Shown here one piece after another: positions 26,807 through 35,860 of a stretch of 41,403 bases of DNA. The number at the start of each line of letters is the position of its first letter. Positions within the stretch are counted from its first letter, which is position 1. The DNA lies in IMG/VR virus record IMGVR_UViG_3300011335_000494, positions 1-41,403 of that record; one strand, 5' to 3'. The notes under the pieces are model-generated. The model was not told the DNA's origin. It did not search any database and worked only from the letters and a program-made list of their open reading frames with translations. The translations under genes were made by a program, and so were the position numbers. The stretch comes from a virus (taxonomy: Duplodnaviria > Caudoviricetes).

Positions 26807-27336
26807 TGGCATCTACATACACTTTAATTTCTAGCAATGTCCTTTCATCTAGCGCAGCAAGCGTTACTTTTAGTTCTATTCCTAGCACCTATACGGATTT
26901 GGTATTGAGGATTTCTGCTAGAAATGATGGAGCAGCAACTACTGATAATGCTAAACTACAATTTAATGGTGATACTTCCAGCGCAAATTATTCTTGGAAT
27001 TATTTAAGAGGTAATGGTTCAACAGCATCTGCTGCTATTACTTCAACTGGCGTGATAGGTTATTTTCAACTTAATTGGTTTTCTAACGGCGCGGCATCCG
27101 TTGCTACAAATACGTTTACCAATAATGAGTTATACATACCCAGTTATACAGCCTCTCAAAAAAAGCAATTTAGTTGGTTTAATGCTCAAGAAGATAATTC
27201 ATCAACTGCAAATCTTTGGGGATATGCTTTGCTGTATCACAGCACTACGGCAATCTCATCTATAACTATTACTGGTTCAAGTTACAACTTTGTATCAGGT
27301 TCATCTTTTTACTTATACGGCATCAAAAACTCATAA
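26806..27336 (+). CDS. Ser/Thr-rich beta-domain protein (fibre-tip paralogue 3)
   Basis: Same motif set, ending LYGIKNS. Confidence 0.75.
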   Translation: MASTYTLISSNVLSSSAASVTFSSIPSTYTDLVLRISARNDGAATTDNAKLQFNGDTSSANYSWNYLRGNGSTASAAITSTGVIGYFQLNWFSNGAASVATNTFTNNELYIPSYTASQKKQFSWFNAQEDNSSTANLWGYALLYHSTTAISSITITGSSYNFVSGSSFYLYGIKNS

Positions 27337-27346
27337 GGAGCAATAA

Positions 27347-27577
27347 ATGACACAACCAACACGAATCGAAATCAACTGCGAAACAGGCGTTGAATCAATC
27401 ATTGAATTGACTGATGCCGAAATTGCACAGATGGAAGCAGATGCAGCAGAGTTTGCAGCACGTCAACACGAAGCAGAGGTTGAGGCGGCAGCAGTAGCTG
27501 CAGCAAAAGAAGCGGCACAGGCAAAGTTAGCTGCCCTAGGTTTGACAACAGAAGAAATCGCAGCACTATCTAAGTAA
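27347..27577 (+). CDS. Probable fibre assembly chaperone
   Basis: Acidic helical protein ending AKLAALGLTTEEIAAL, a type commonly found after fibre genes. Confidence 0.55.
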   Translation: MTQPTRIEINCETGVESIIELTDAEIAQMEADAAEFAARQHEAEVEAAAVAAAKEAAQAKLAALGLTTEEIAALSK

Positions 27578-27586
27578 GGGGAACAA

Positions 27587-29794
27587 GTGGCCTACGGCGA
27601 CGATATTACAGAAGGCATACCCTACGTACTTTCCAATCCTGTAGGAGCCACTAACTACTCATCTACTGGTGAAGCCTACGATGTAGCTATTGCTGGTCTA
27701 CCGTTCTTTCTATTGAACTCAGACGATGCACCATATCGTCGTGTAACAGCTCAGTATCGTAAGCAACAGATTGACCAAAGCCGTGAGCCAGGTGAGCAGA
27801 CGCTTACTGGTTGGTGGTTACGTAGCCAATCCTCATTCCACTATGGACAGGGCATCAAGTTCTTTGAACCTATCCAAGATGAAGGTCTTCGATTCCAGTA
27901 TACAGATTCAAAAGGTGTAGATGTCTGGACTAAAGGACAGGCCACCCTGCTTAACTCTTGCGATAGTCAGCATTTAACTACTGGTGGTATCAGAACTAAT
28001 GGTCGTCCGTGGCAGTTAATGCGTTCTATCCAGTGGGATAAGAACAACAACACCTACAACGGTGTGATGATAGTAGATGAGTACGATGCAGATAAGGTAT
28101 TTCCTGCAATCACTGTATCTATTACTAACAAGGCTTTGACTTCCAATGTAGCAACGCTGACAACAAGTGCAGCACACGGCTTATCTACAGGTATGCAGAT
28201 CACTATTACTGGAGTGGATGCAACCTTTAACGGTGAGTATCGCATTACATCTGTGCCTACCACTACAACATTTACCTATGCCAAGACTGCTAGCAATGTA
28301 GCATCTACTGCTGTTAGCCCAGTAGGTACAGGTGTGGCAGAGATTATCCACTTTATTGACTACAACTCAGGTAGTGATTATCCAGTGCAGGCACTATGTG
28401 ATGACGGAGTCTATGCCTACTGGGTAACTAACGTACTTAACGCTGGAACTCCACGTCTTAGAGTCTATAAGAAGCTGCTATCTGATGACAGTTCTGTATC
28501 ACCAACTCTAATGATTAGTGCTAACAGCATTACTGTAACTAACGCAGTTATGGAGTACACCAAAGAACGTATCGTATTGTGTGTTAACGATAGTGTCTAT
28601 GAGTTTGCATCTACTGCAACATCACTTCCTACCGCTGTCTATACACACAATGATCCAGACCACGTATTTACTAGCATTACATCAAGTGGTGCTGCTATCT
28701 ACATTGCTGGCTATTCAGGTATCCAGTCCAACATCTATAAGTTTACATTGTCTACAGCAGGTGCTATGCCTACGTTGACATCTGCCATTACTGCAGCTGA
28801 ACTTCCAGTAGGTGAAATTGTATTTAAGATTTCTTATTACCTTGGAAGTATGGCTATTGGTACATCTCAAGGTATGCGTATGGCTGATGCAAGTCAACTA
28901 GATGGTTCGATTACTTATGGTGCTTTAATCTTTGAATCAGACCAGCCAGTTTATGACTTTGCTTTCCGCGATAAATATATTTGGGCAGCAACAGGCGTTG
29001 ATGGTCAAGTTGGTGTAACTCGTATAAATATGGGTCAACCATTGGGCAACCTACAGTTCCCTTATGCTTGGGACCTATACGATCCAGCAGATACATTGGG
29101 TCATTACACAACAGCATCTGCATTTTTGGGTGATACAAACCGCTTGGCATTTTGTAACGCTGGCAATGGTTCTGATGGAACTATTTATATCCAATCTGCT
29201 ACAGAGTTAATGTCAGAAGGAACGCTACGTACAGGCTACATCCGTTACAATACGCTGGAATTGAAAATCTTTAAGATGATGCAAGCTCGTGTAGATACTA
29301 CTGATGGTGGACTATACGTTGACTCTATTGATTATGCTGAAAACTTCTACCGCATTGGTACATTCTCACAAGGTGCACTAGTACCTGAAATTAACGTGAG
29401 TTACCCACAGGCAGCACAAGAATACCTTGGCTTCCAATTTACTCTGACTCGTTCTGAAACAGACAATACTAAGGGTCCACTATTTACTGGATATCAAGTT
29501 AAGGCATTGCCTGCTATTCCACGCCAGCGACTTATTCAATATCCATTGTCTTGCTTTGACCACGAAAGCGATCACTTCGGCGTAGAGGTTGGTTATGAAG
29601 GTGCAGCTTATGCACGTATGAGCCAACTTGAAAATGTAGAAAATGCTGGCGACACCATTCGTGTTGAGGACTTTAGAACTGGTGAGTCTTTCATTGGACT
29701 TATCGAAGAAATGGATTTCAGAAATACCACACCATCAGATAAGCGGTTCACTGGATACGGTGGATTGCTCTTAGTAACCATTAGGACGGTCTAA
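27587..29794 (+). CDS. Probable tail nozzle (tail tubular protein B-like beta-propeller) with an inserted domain
   Basis: 735 aa, beta-rich, last structural gene before lysis. Confidence 0.65.
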   Translation: MAYGDDITEGIPYVLSNPVGATNYSSTGEAYDVAIAGLPFFLLNSDDAPYRRVTAQYRKQQIDQSREPGEQTLTGWWLRSQSSFHYGQGIKFFEPIQDEGLRFQYTDSKGVDVWTKGQATLLNSCDSQHLTTGGIRTNGRPWQLMRSIQWDKNNNTYNGVMIVDEYDADKVFPAITVSITNKALTSNVATLTTSAAHGLSTGMQITITGVDATFNGEYRITSVPTTTTFTYAKTASNVASTAVSPVGTGVAEIIHFIDYNSGSDYPVQALCDDGVYAYWVTNVLNAGTPRLRVYKKLLSDDSSVSPTLMISANSITVTNAVMEYTKERIVLCVNDSVYEFASTATSLPTAVYTHNDPDHVFTSITSSGAAIYIAGYSGIQSNIYKFTLSTAGAMPTLTSAITAAELPVGEIVFKISYYLGSMAIGTSQGMRMADASQLDGSITYGALIFESDQPVYDFAFRDKYIWAATGVDGQVGVTRINMGQPLGNLQFPYAWDLYDPADTLGHYTTASAFLGDTNRLAFCNAGNGSDGTIYIQSATELMSEGTLRTGYIRYNTLELKIFKMMQARVDTTDGGLYVDSIDYAENFYRIGTFSQGALVPEINVSYPQAAQEYLGFQFTLTRSETDNTKGPLFTGYQVKALPAIPRQRLIQYPLSCFDHESDHFGVEVGYEGAAYARMSQLENVENAGDTIRVEDFRTGESFIGLIEEMDFRNTTPSDKRFTGYGGLLLVTIRTV

Positions 29795-30030
29795 TGCAGG
29801 CACAAGACTATGCAACAGTAGCTGTTGCAGTAATGACAATCATTGGTGGTTTTGCAGGGGCAGTTCGTTGGCTCGTAAAACACTACCTCAATGAACTCAA
29901 GACTAATGGTGGTTCATCTATGAGAGATGATGTAGTTACAAACACGAAACGACTAGAACGTGTTGAGCAAAAACAAGATCAGCAAAGTGAACGAATTGAC
30001 GATATCTACAGATTGCTATGTGAGAAATGA
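29794..30030 (+). CDS. Membrane protein of the lysis module (one TM plus coiled coil)
   Basis: N-terminal TM, YLNELKTNGGSSMRD motif; precedes the endolysin. Confidence 0.7.
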   Translation: MQAQDYATVAVAVMTIIGGFAGAVRWLVKHYLNELKTNGGSSMRDDVVTNTKRLERVEQKQDQQSERIDDIYRLLCEK

Positions 30031-30036
30031 GTAACG

Positions 30037-30489
30037 ATGAAGCCACTTGTCAAGAAAGCCACGCCTGCCGCTATTGCTGTCCTTCGGCAAGCCACGGCGA
30101 TATTTCCTTCTCGGAAGAAAGTCTCCGATGGGTTACTACCGTCGGCAGCACATCAGGTACAGAATCCTAATTCAGATCACAACACTGGATATGGTGTTGA
30201 TTTAACACACGACCCAGTAGGTGGCATTGACTGCTTTGATATCTACGAAAAGATTAAAGCAGACCCACGTGTCAAGTATGTAATTTTCCACGGAAAGATC
30301 TGGTCTGCAAAGAACGGTGAATCCAAGTACGACGGCGTAAACCAACACAACCATCATCTTCACATCTCAATTAAAGAAGGATGTGGAGCTGACACATCAC
30401 CTTGGTTTGCCTGGTTAGGTAAGCCAAAGATGGTCAACAAAGTAAAGGCTAACTTCCCTAAGCCTTTACCTAAGAAGGAGAACAAATGA
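30037..30489 (+). CDS. Probable endolysin (Zn peptidase, M15-like)
   Basis: SDHNTGYGVD and HNHHLHIS metal-ligand motifs; lies between two membrane-protein genes. Confidence 0.7.
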   Translation: MKPLVKKATPAAIAVLRQATAIFPSRKKVSDGLLPSAAHQVQNPNSDHNTGYGVDLTHDPVGGIDCFDIYEKIKADPRVKYVIFHGKIWSAKNGESKYDGVNQHNHHLHISIKEGCGADTSPWFAWLGKPKMVNKVKANFPKPLPKKENK

Positions 30490-30674
30490 ACGCAAAGACA
30501 AAAGCAGTACTCGCATCATATCTTCGTGCAGCGGTAGCAGCAGTGATTGCTCTCTACCTAGCAGGAGAGACAGACCCAAAGAAGCTCAGCACAGCAGCAG
30601 TAGCTGCAGTTGCAGGCCCAGTACTCAAGTGGCTTGACCCAAAGGCTACAGAGTTTGGTCGTGGATCTAAGTAA
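30486..30674 (+). CDS. Holin-like membrane protein
   Basis: Two hydrophobic segments and a KWLDP...FGRG tail. Confidence 0.7.
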   Translation: MNAKTKAVLASYLRAAVAAVIALYLAGETDPKKLSTAAVAAVAGPVLKWLDPKATEFGRGSK

Positions 30675-30690
30675 GAAGTAACTGCGAGGC

Positions 30691-30728
30691 GAAGAGGCTC
30701 ACCCCGAAAGGGGTGGGCTTCTTTTTTT
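30691..30728 (+). terminator. Intrinsic terminator ending the late operon
   Basis: GAGGCTCACCCC-GAAA-GGGGTGGGCTTC followed by T7. Confidence 0.9.
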
Positions 30729-30739
30729 GTGCCACAAAA

Positions 30740-31021
30740 CTATTCAACGTCAGCAGGACAAGGCACTGTCACTAGGTTCCCGCAATTTACACAGGTACCA
30801 TCTAAGAACCACCAGACTAACTCGTGTTCTTCAAAGGCACACATCACGTTAAAGACCTGTGACCCACACGGACACACGTGAATAGGTCCCAAACCCCGCA
30901 GATCAGCCCCAAAAGGCTCAGGAAGGGTATGTTTAGACCAGAGTCTAGGCAGGGTGAGTAGACGGAACCACACAGACGGACGGCTAGGAGCTTCGCTCCC
31001 TGCTTCAGTAATTCGCCTCAC
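30740..31021 (-). CDS. Zn-binding hypothetical protein (CPCG...CVNC); start GTG 31021 (leaderless) or GTG 30973
   Basis: Cys motifs; divergent from the replication operon. Confidence 0.7.
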   Translation of the reverse strand: MRRITEAGSEAPSRPSVWFRLLTLPRLWSKHTLPEPFGADLRGLGPIHVCPCGSQVFNVMCAFEEHELVWWFLDGTCVNCGNLVTVPCPADVE

Positions 31022-31088
31022 GGCTCATATGGTAGCCATAGTGGGTGTCGCTAACGCGACGACACGCCGTTAGGTGTAGCCTTGCCCA
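31022..31088. promoter_or_regulatory. Back-to-back promoters GACAC-N10/11-TANNNT
   Basis: Plus: GACAC 31061-65, TAGCCT 31077-82, ATG 31089. Minus: GACAC 31049-45, TACCAT 31034-29, GTG 31021. Confidence 0.6.
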
Positions 31089-31646
31089 ATGACCACAATC
31101 GTTGGAGTAGAAGGAATTGACTACGCTGTTCTAGTAGCTGATAGTCAAATCACCGAAGATAACCTCGTCACCATTGCTACTTCCACGCCAAAGATTATTG
31201 AGGTGGGTAAGTATCTTATTGGAATCTCAGGGGATACGCGCCCTGGAGATATCCTTGCCTACAACTGGAAGCCGCCAGCCTATCGAGGTGAGGATCCAGC
31301 CCAGTTTATGGGACGCAAGATTATCCCAAGTATCAACCAAGCATTTACAGATAACAACTACGACTACAACAAGGTGGACAAAGATGGTGGCTTCGATTAT
31401 CTCATTGCTTTTAACGGCAATATCTTTCGTATTGCTTGTGATCTCTCTTTTTTCCAAGCAAATCACGGAACGTATGGCATTGGTAGTGGGGGTCAACTTG
31501 CTCTTGGCTACCTGTATTCAGCTATCAAACCTAATGTTGAACTAGCCTACGCCAAGAGACACGCCCGTAAAGCCGTTGAGATAGCTTCGGTTCTTGACGC
31601 TAACACCAACAAGCCTTTACAGTTGGTGGTACAGGAAAGGATGTAG
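31089..31646 (+). CDS. Proteasome-beta/HslV-like Ntn-hydrolase
   Basis: N-terminal MTTIVG (Thr1 nucleophile), VADSQIT, PKI, GIGSGG..ALG. Confidence 0.85.
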   Translation: MTTIVGVEGIDYAVLVADSQITEDNLVTIATSTPKIIEVGKYLIGISGDTRPGDILAYNWKPPAYRGEDPAQFMGRKIIPSINQAFTDNNYDYNKVDKDGGFDYLIAFNGNIFRIACDLSFFQANHGTYGIGSGGQLALGYLYSAIKPNVELAYAKRHARKAVEIASVLDANTNKPLQLVVQERM

Positions 31647-31766
31647 ATGAAGAAGTTATACAAGAAGTTTAAGTGTTGGGTATGGGGTCATATTTATTTT
31701 GCTGATGGACCTTCAGCCACTATAACCTGTGTTAATTGTGGGAAGGATATGTTCGATGGAATTTAA
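31647..31766 (+). CDS. Small C...GH...CxxC protein, 39 aa
   Basis: MKKLYKKFKCWVWGHIYF...TCVNCGKD; GAAAGG SD. Confidence 0.6.
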   Translation: MKKLYKKFKCWVWGHIYFADGPSATITCVNCGKDMFDGI

Positions 31767-31917
31767 TACATACGATTACGTAGCACCAGAGTTCAAAGAT
31801 GTTATTGCAACTGGTGAGTACGCAGCACACTATTGGTTTGAGCAGGGTTGGAGAGCTTGCAGACTTGCTTTCTTATTGCATAAACAAGCAGAAGAAGCTG
31901 GAGCGTTTAGAGTATGA
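31756..31917 (+). CDS. Hypothetical protein, 53 aa
   Basis: ATG 31756 after GAAGGA; ORF track. Confidence 0.7.
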   Translation: MEFNTYDYVAPEFKDVIATGEYAAHYWFEQGWRACRLAFLLHKQAEEAGAFRV

Positions 31918-32066
31918 CAACCACTGATCTACCTAGAAATGCAGAAGAAGCTGTCAATGCACTTCTTGCAAATGGTTGGAATTACTTTGTTGCTAAAGAG
32001 TTTGTAAGAACCAGCAAAGAAATGCAAGAGATGTTTGATTGGATGGTATCTAATGACACACGATGA
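31914..32066 (+). CDS. Hypothetical protein, 50 aa (MTTTDLPRNAEEAVNALLANGWNY...)
   Basis: Hand translation; ATGA coupling. Confidence 0.65.
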   Translation: MTTTDLPRNAEEAVNALLANGWNYFVAKEFVRTSKEMQEMFDWMVSNDTR

Positions 32067-32295
32067 GTTGCTGGCGTTAATTGAACCAATGACTATTGAT
32101 GACGCTATCTTTATGAAAGATGCCCTTCGTGCAGTAGTGGAATTACATAAGCCTGAGCCATTTGGTTTAGTTCCAAGTGGATTTATTTGTGCTGGTTGTG
32201 ATAACCGTTGTGGTTGTTACGAAGGAGATATCCTTAGTTACAATGATTGGTTCACCTGCCCAACTATTCAGGCTATTGAGAAGGAGTTAGAATGA
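32053..32295 (+). CDS. MTHxELL...LHK...CxxC...CPTIQAIEKEL protein, copy 1
   Basis: Paralogue at 37434-37661. Confidence 0.75.
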   Translation: MTHDELLALIEPMTIDDAIFMKDALRAVVELHKPEPFGLVPSGFICAGCDNRCGCYEGDILSYNDWFTCPTIQAIEKELE

Positions 32296-32450
32296 TTAAG
32301 ACAACATTAACTGGAGCAATACCAGTGGTAGCTTTTGTTTTAGGTCTTGTTTATGTACCAACTCTTATACTAGGCGTAATGCTGACAGTTGTAGTTTTTG
32401 GACTTTGTTTTGTTGTAGGGTCAATGATTCGTGGTGAGGTAATTCGATGA
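32292..32450 (+). CDS. Small two-TM membrane protein, 52 aa
   Basis: AAGGAG SD; strongly hydrophobic; ATGA coupling. Confidence 0.65.
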   Translation: MIKTTLTGAIPVVAFVLGLVYVPTLILGVMLTVVVFGLCFVVGSMIRGEVIR

Positions 32451-32533
32451 CACTTCCTCGATGCTGTCCTATTCACCACATACAGGGCAAGGTATCTTGC
32501 ACCTGCCAATGTCATAATAAGGAGTTAGCGTGA
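32447..32533 (+). CDS. 28-aa Cys/His-rich micro-peptide MTLPRCCPIHHIQGKVSCTCQCHNKELA
   Basis: GAGGT SD; ATGA and GTGA coupling. Confidence 0.5.
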   Translation: MTLPRCCPIHHIQGKVSCTCQCHNKELA

Positions 32534-33471
32534 CTGATCCAAAGGAACTACTACTCACTGCACTACGTGCAGGTGATGCTAAGCGTTCACGATCTACACA
32601 GGTACAGATTGGTCCATCAGAGTTAGGTGGCTGCCGTCGTAAGGTGTGGTATCGCCTGAACGATCAGCCAGAGACTAATGACAACGAGATGAAACTGGCA
32701 GCGATTATGGGTACTGCTATTCACGCAGCTATCGAAGAAGCTCTGGCAGATAACAAAGATGTACTCATTGAAACAGAAGTTGAATACAATGGGATGAAGG
32801 CACACGTTGACTGCTTCGTTCCTGGTACTGGCGATGTCATTGATTGGAAGACCAGCAAGGTACGTAACCTTTCATACTTCCCATCAACACAACAGCGTTG
32901 GCAAGTACAGACTTATGGTTATCTACTAGCCAAGAATGGTTACGATGTCAAGCGTGTATCTCTAGTTGCTATTGCACGTGATGGTGATGAACGAGATGTC
33001 AAAGTACACACAGAAGATTACGACGAGTCATTAGCACTAGAAGCATTGAACTGGTTAGAAGCTATCAAGGCATCAGAGACAGCACCAGAACCAGAGCGTG
33101 AAGAAAACTACTGTCAGTTCTACTGTAAGTTCTATGACGCAAGTGGGCAGTTAGGATGCGTTGGTCTAAAAAAAGAACGTATCGCAAGTGAAGAGGTGTT
33201 AATCCAAGACAAGGATGCCTCATCCAATGCGATGAAATACTTACAATTAGATGAGAAGATCAAAGAGTTGACAAAAGAAAAAGACTCACTAAAGTCAGCA
33301 CTTGAAGGTATCGCTGGAGTTACAGATACAGGTATCCAAGTTCGTTGGAACAAGGTAGCTGGTGCAACATCAGTAGACAAAGATGAAGTACTTGCTAAAC
33401 TTGGATTCGTACCAACGAAGCAAGGTGCAGATTCATTACGGTTAACAATCAAACAATCTGGAGGAAAGTAA
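32530..33471 (+). CDS. Cas4/RecB-like PD-(D/E)XK exonuclease
   Basis: IGPSELGGCRR, GTAIH, HVD...IDWKT, QVQTYG and C-terminal YCQFYC...C. Confidence 0.88.
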   Translation: MTDPKELLLTALRAGDAKRSRSTQVQIGPSELGGCRRKVWYRLNDQPETNDNEMKLAAIMGTAIHAAIEEALADNKDVLIETEVEYNGMKAHVDCFVPGTGDVIDWKTSKVRNLSYFPSTQQRWQVQTYGYLLAKNGYDVKRVSLVAIARDGDERDVKVHTEDYDESLALEALNWLEAIKASETAPEPEREENYCQFYCKFYDASGQLGCVGLKKERIASEEVLIQDKDASSNAMKYLQLDEKIKELTKEKDSLKSALEGIAGVTDTGIQVRWNKVAGATSVDKDEVLAKLGFVPTKQGADSLRLTIKQSGGK

Positions 33472-33852
33472 ATGGCTGCAAACGAAAACACAAAGTTCCA
33501 AGTTAACTTCAAGACTAACAACGGAACTCTTATCAATCTTTATGCAAGTGATGTTAAGGAACTAGAGACGGGTCTTACTGATCTATCAATGGTTGCATCT
33601 CTTATCAAGACCACTGACAAAGAACTTAATGGTGGACGTGCATCTGTTCCAGAACCAACTGTTGATTCAGTAGCACAGGCATTTAACGCAACACCAGTTG
33701 CTGCCCCTGCTGTTGTTGAAGGTCAAGCACCAAGTTGTAAGCACGGTGTGATGAGCTTCCGTACAGGTACTTCTGCTCGTGGCCCTTGGAAGGGCTGGAT
33801 GTGTGCTGCGCCAAAGGGTGCAACAGATAAGTGCTCAACTATCTGGGCTTAG
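33472..33852 (+). CDS. Recombination/replication-associated protein with a C-terminal CxHG...WMC...C finger
   Basis: Motif and position after the exonuclease, as seen in actinophages; function uncertain. Confidence 0.6.
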   Translation: MAANENTKFQVNFKTNNGTLINLYASDVKELETGLTDLSMVASLIKTTDKELNGGRASVPEPTVDSVAQAFNATPVAAPAVVEGQAPSCKHGVMSFRTGTSARGPWKGWMCAAPKGATDKCSTIWA

Positions 33853-33855
33853 CAA

Positions 33856-34125
33856 ATGCGGGAACCGCACGAGTTTGAGGTTCCTTTATGTGCTCAAGTA
33901 GGTGGCGATCTATTCTTTCCTGACAAGGAAAACGAAGGCAAGATGGTTCGTCTTAGTATCGCATCAGCAAAATCAATCTGTCGTAGCTGCCAGCACATCA
34001 CTGAGTGTGCTGAGTGGGGAATCCGTAAAGAACGCCACGGTATTTGGGGTGGACTTACAGATGGTGACAGACGCAAAATTCGCAAACAACGACGTATAAC
34101 TTTGGAAGAGGATAAGAGTGCTTAA
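33856..34125 (+). CDS. whiB: WhiB-family Fe-S transcription factor
   Basis: C...DLFFP...AKSICRSC...EC...GIWGG plus basic tail. Confidence 0.95.
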   Translation: MREPHEFEVPLCAQVGGDLFFPDKENEGKMVRLSIASAKSICRSCQHITECAEWGIRKERHGIWGGLTDGDRRKIRKQRRITLEEDKSA

Positions 34126-34957
34126 ACTTTCCCGCGCTTGGAGTGGAGTGACCACAAAGGCCACGCCATTACCTGATGTGTGGAAGAATCTTGTCAAGCA
34201 ATCTATTAAGTTTCGTCGTGGTCAAGTATGTATGGTAGCTGCAGCACCTAATGCTGGTAAGTCAATGTTCGCATTGATCTATGCAATCAAAGCTCAGGTG
34301 CCAACGCTGTTCTTCTCCGCCGATACAGACACTGCGACAGTAATGATCCGCGCTGCTGCACGCCTATCGGGCCATAGCCAGTTGGCTGTGGAACAGAACA
34401 TAGAAAAGAAATCAGATTACTATTCAGAACACTTAGCTAAGACATAACATATTCAATGGGTCTTTGACTCCAGTCCGTCTCTTGATGATATTGAGATGGA
34501 GATAAAGGCATACTTTGAGTTGTATGGAGTAGCACCTCAGTTGATTATCATAGATAACCTAATGAATGTATCTGCTGAGACAGACAATGAGTGGGCAGGG
34601 CTACGTGCAATTATGATGGAGTTGCACGATATGGCACGTAAGACAGAGGCTTGCGTCTTAGTACTCCATCACGTATCAGAACAATCAGAGTATGGTTCTC
34701 CTATGATGCCACCGCCTAGACGGGCTATCCACGGAAAGGTAAGTCAATTACCAGCGTTGATACTCACACTAGGTTATGATCCAACACAGGGTCTATTGCG
34801 TATCGCATCAGTCAAGAACCGTTTCGGTCCACACTTTGCTGATGCTTCTCAATGGGCATCGCTGTTTGTGAACTTTGGTGCTTGTCAAATAGGAGATGAT
34901 GATGCACAAGGTAGAGCATACCTTCGTGCTAATACGGAAAGCAGTGTCTATGGCTAA
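34118..34957 (+). pseudogene. DnaB-like replicative helicase interrupted by one in-frame TAA (34445-34447)
   Basis: Walker A AAPNAGKS, IIIDNL, VLHH and VKNRFG all in one frame; reads KT*HIQWVFDSSPSLDDIEME across the stop. Confidence 0.85.
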
Positions 34958-35300
34958 CAAGAATGGACGTAAAGGTTCTCAGTTTGAGACAGATGTAATG
35001 AAATGGTTACGCAGTAAAAGCGTAATAGCAGAACGTCTGACTAAAGCTGGGGCAAAGGATGAAGGGGATATGGTTGTTATCATATCTGGAGAAACCTACA
35101 TCCTTGAACTCAAGAATAGGCAGACCCTTTCCCTGCCTGAGTTCTGGAGAGAAGCACAAGTTGAGGCGCTTAACTACGCAAAGGCTAGAGGTCTTGGGGA
35201 AGTTCCTCTTTCCTACGTTGTAGTTAAGCGTCGCAACGCATCAATAGATCAGGCTTGGGTAATCCAAGACTTAACTCAATGGTTAAAGGAGAAACAGTAA
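34950..35300 (+). CDS. Holliday-junction resolvase-like PD-(D/E)XK nuclease (Hjc type)
   Basis: RKGSQFE...L...DEGD...LELKN. Confidence 0.8.
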   Translation: MANKNGRKGSQFETDVMKWLRSKSVIAERLTKAGAKDEGDMVVIISGETYILELKNRQTLSLPEFWREAQVEALNYAKARGLGEVPLSYVVVKRRNASIDQAWVIQDLTQWLKEKQ

Positions 35301-35407
35301 TGCCAGTACCAGAAGGTAACATCACAACATCAGACATACTTGTACCAGAAGTTGTACCAGTAGAAGAAGTGGAAGAAGTAGAAGATGATTTGCCAGAACT
35401 GTCTTAA
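35300..35407 (+). CDS. Acidic 35-aa peptide
   Basis: AAGGAG SD, TAATG coupling; 11 D/E and no K/R. Confidence 0.55.
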   Translation: MPVPEGNITTSDILVPEVVPVEEVEEVEDDLPELS

Positions 35408-35561
35408 AGGCGGAGAAGAGAACACTCTCGCTCACTACAAAAGAGCTGCTCATTGGCACGACAAGTGCGACTATAAGGGGTGTGTATGCCAGCACAAGAC
35501 TGGTCCAGGGTACGTAAAGCGGGTGCTAAAGGAAGAGTCGAAGCTAACTCCATCCCAATAG
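35385..35561 (+). CDS. Cys/His-rich 58-aa protein (MICQNC...HDKC...CVCQH)
   Basis: Hand translation; metal-ligand pattern. Confidence 0.6.
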   Translation: MICQNCLKGGEENTLAHYKRAAHWHDKCDYKGCVCQHKTGPGYVKRVLKEESKLTPSQ

Positions 35562-35860
35562 GTGTAATCGTTACTCACTACGGAGGTGAGGTACGAGAAG
35601 GTAAGTCAGCATCTGTTCGCTGTTGCATCCATAACGACAGTAGGCGCAGTGCTGTAATAAATACCTATGACAATTTGTACTACTGCCACACCTGCGGTAA
35701 GGGTGGAAGCGCAGTAGATGTGGTTATGGAAATAGAGAACTTGGAGTTCAAGGATGCCCTCAATCGTGCAATCGAAATCACTGCTGGAAGCGGCCAATCA
35801 TTACAGTCAGGCAATAAACGAAGAGGCTCTAAACTATCTCGAAGGACGTGGAATATCTGA
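35486..35860 (+). CDS. DNA primase zinc-binding (CHC2) part
   Basis: CCIHND...YYCHTCGKGG..VD.VM..E...F.DA. Confidence 0.85.
   Translation: MPAQDWSRVRKAGAKGRVEANSIPIGVIVTHYGGEVREGKSASVRCCIHNDSRRSAVINTYDNLYYCHTCGKGGSAVDVVMEIENLEFKDALNRAIEITAGSGQSLQSGNKRRGSKLSRRTWNI

Noticed and set aside
24541-27336. Diversity-generating retroelement or invertible fibre cassette
   Set aside because: No reverse transcriptase or invertase, and no near-identical template/variable repeat pair; the paralogues are old and divergent
34118-34957. Stop-codon reassignment
   Set aside because: TAA, TAG and TGA all terminate well-defined genes elsewhere; only one interruption was seen and no suppressor tRNA
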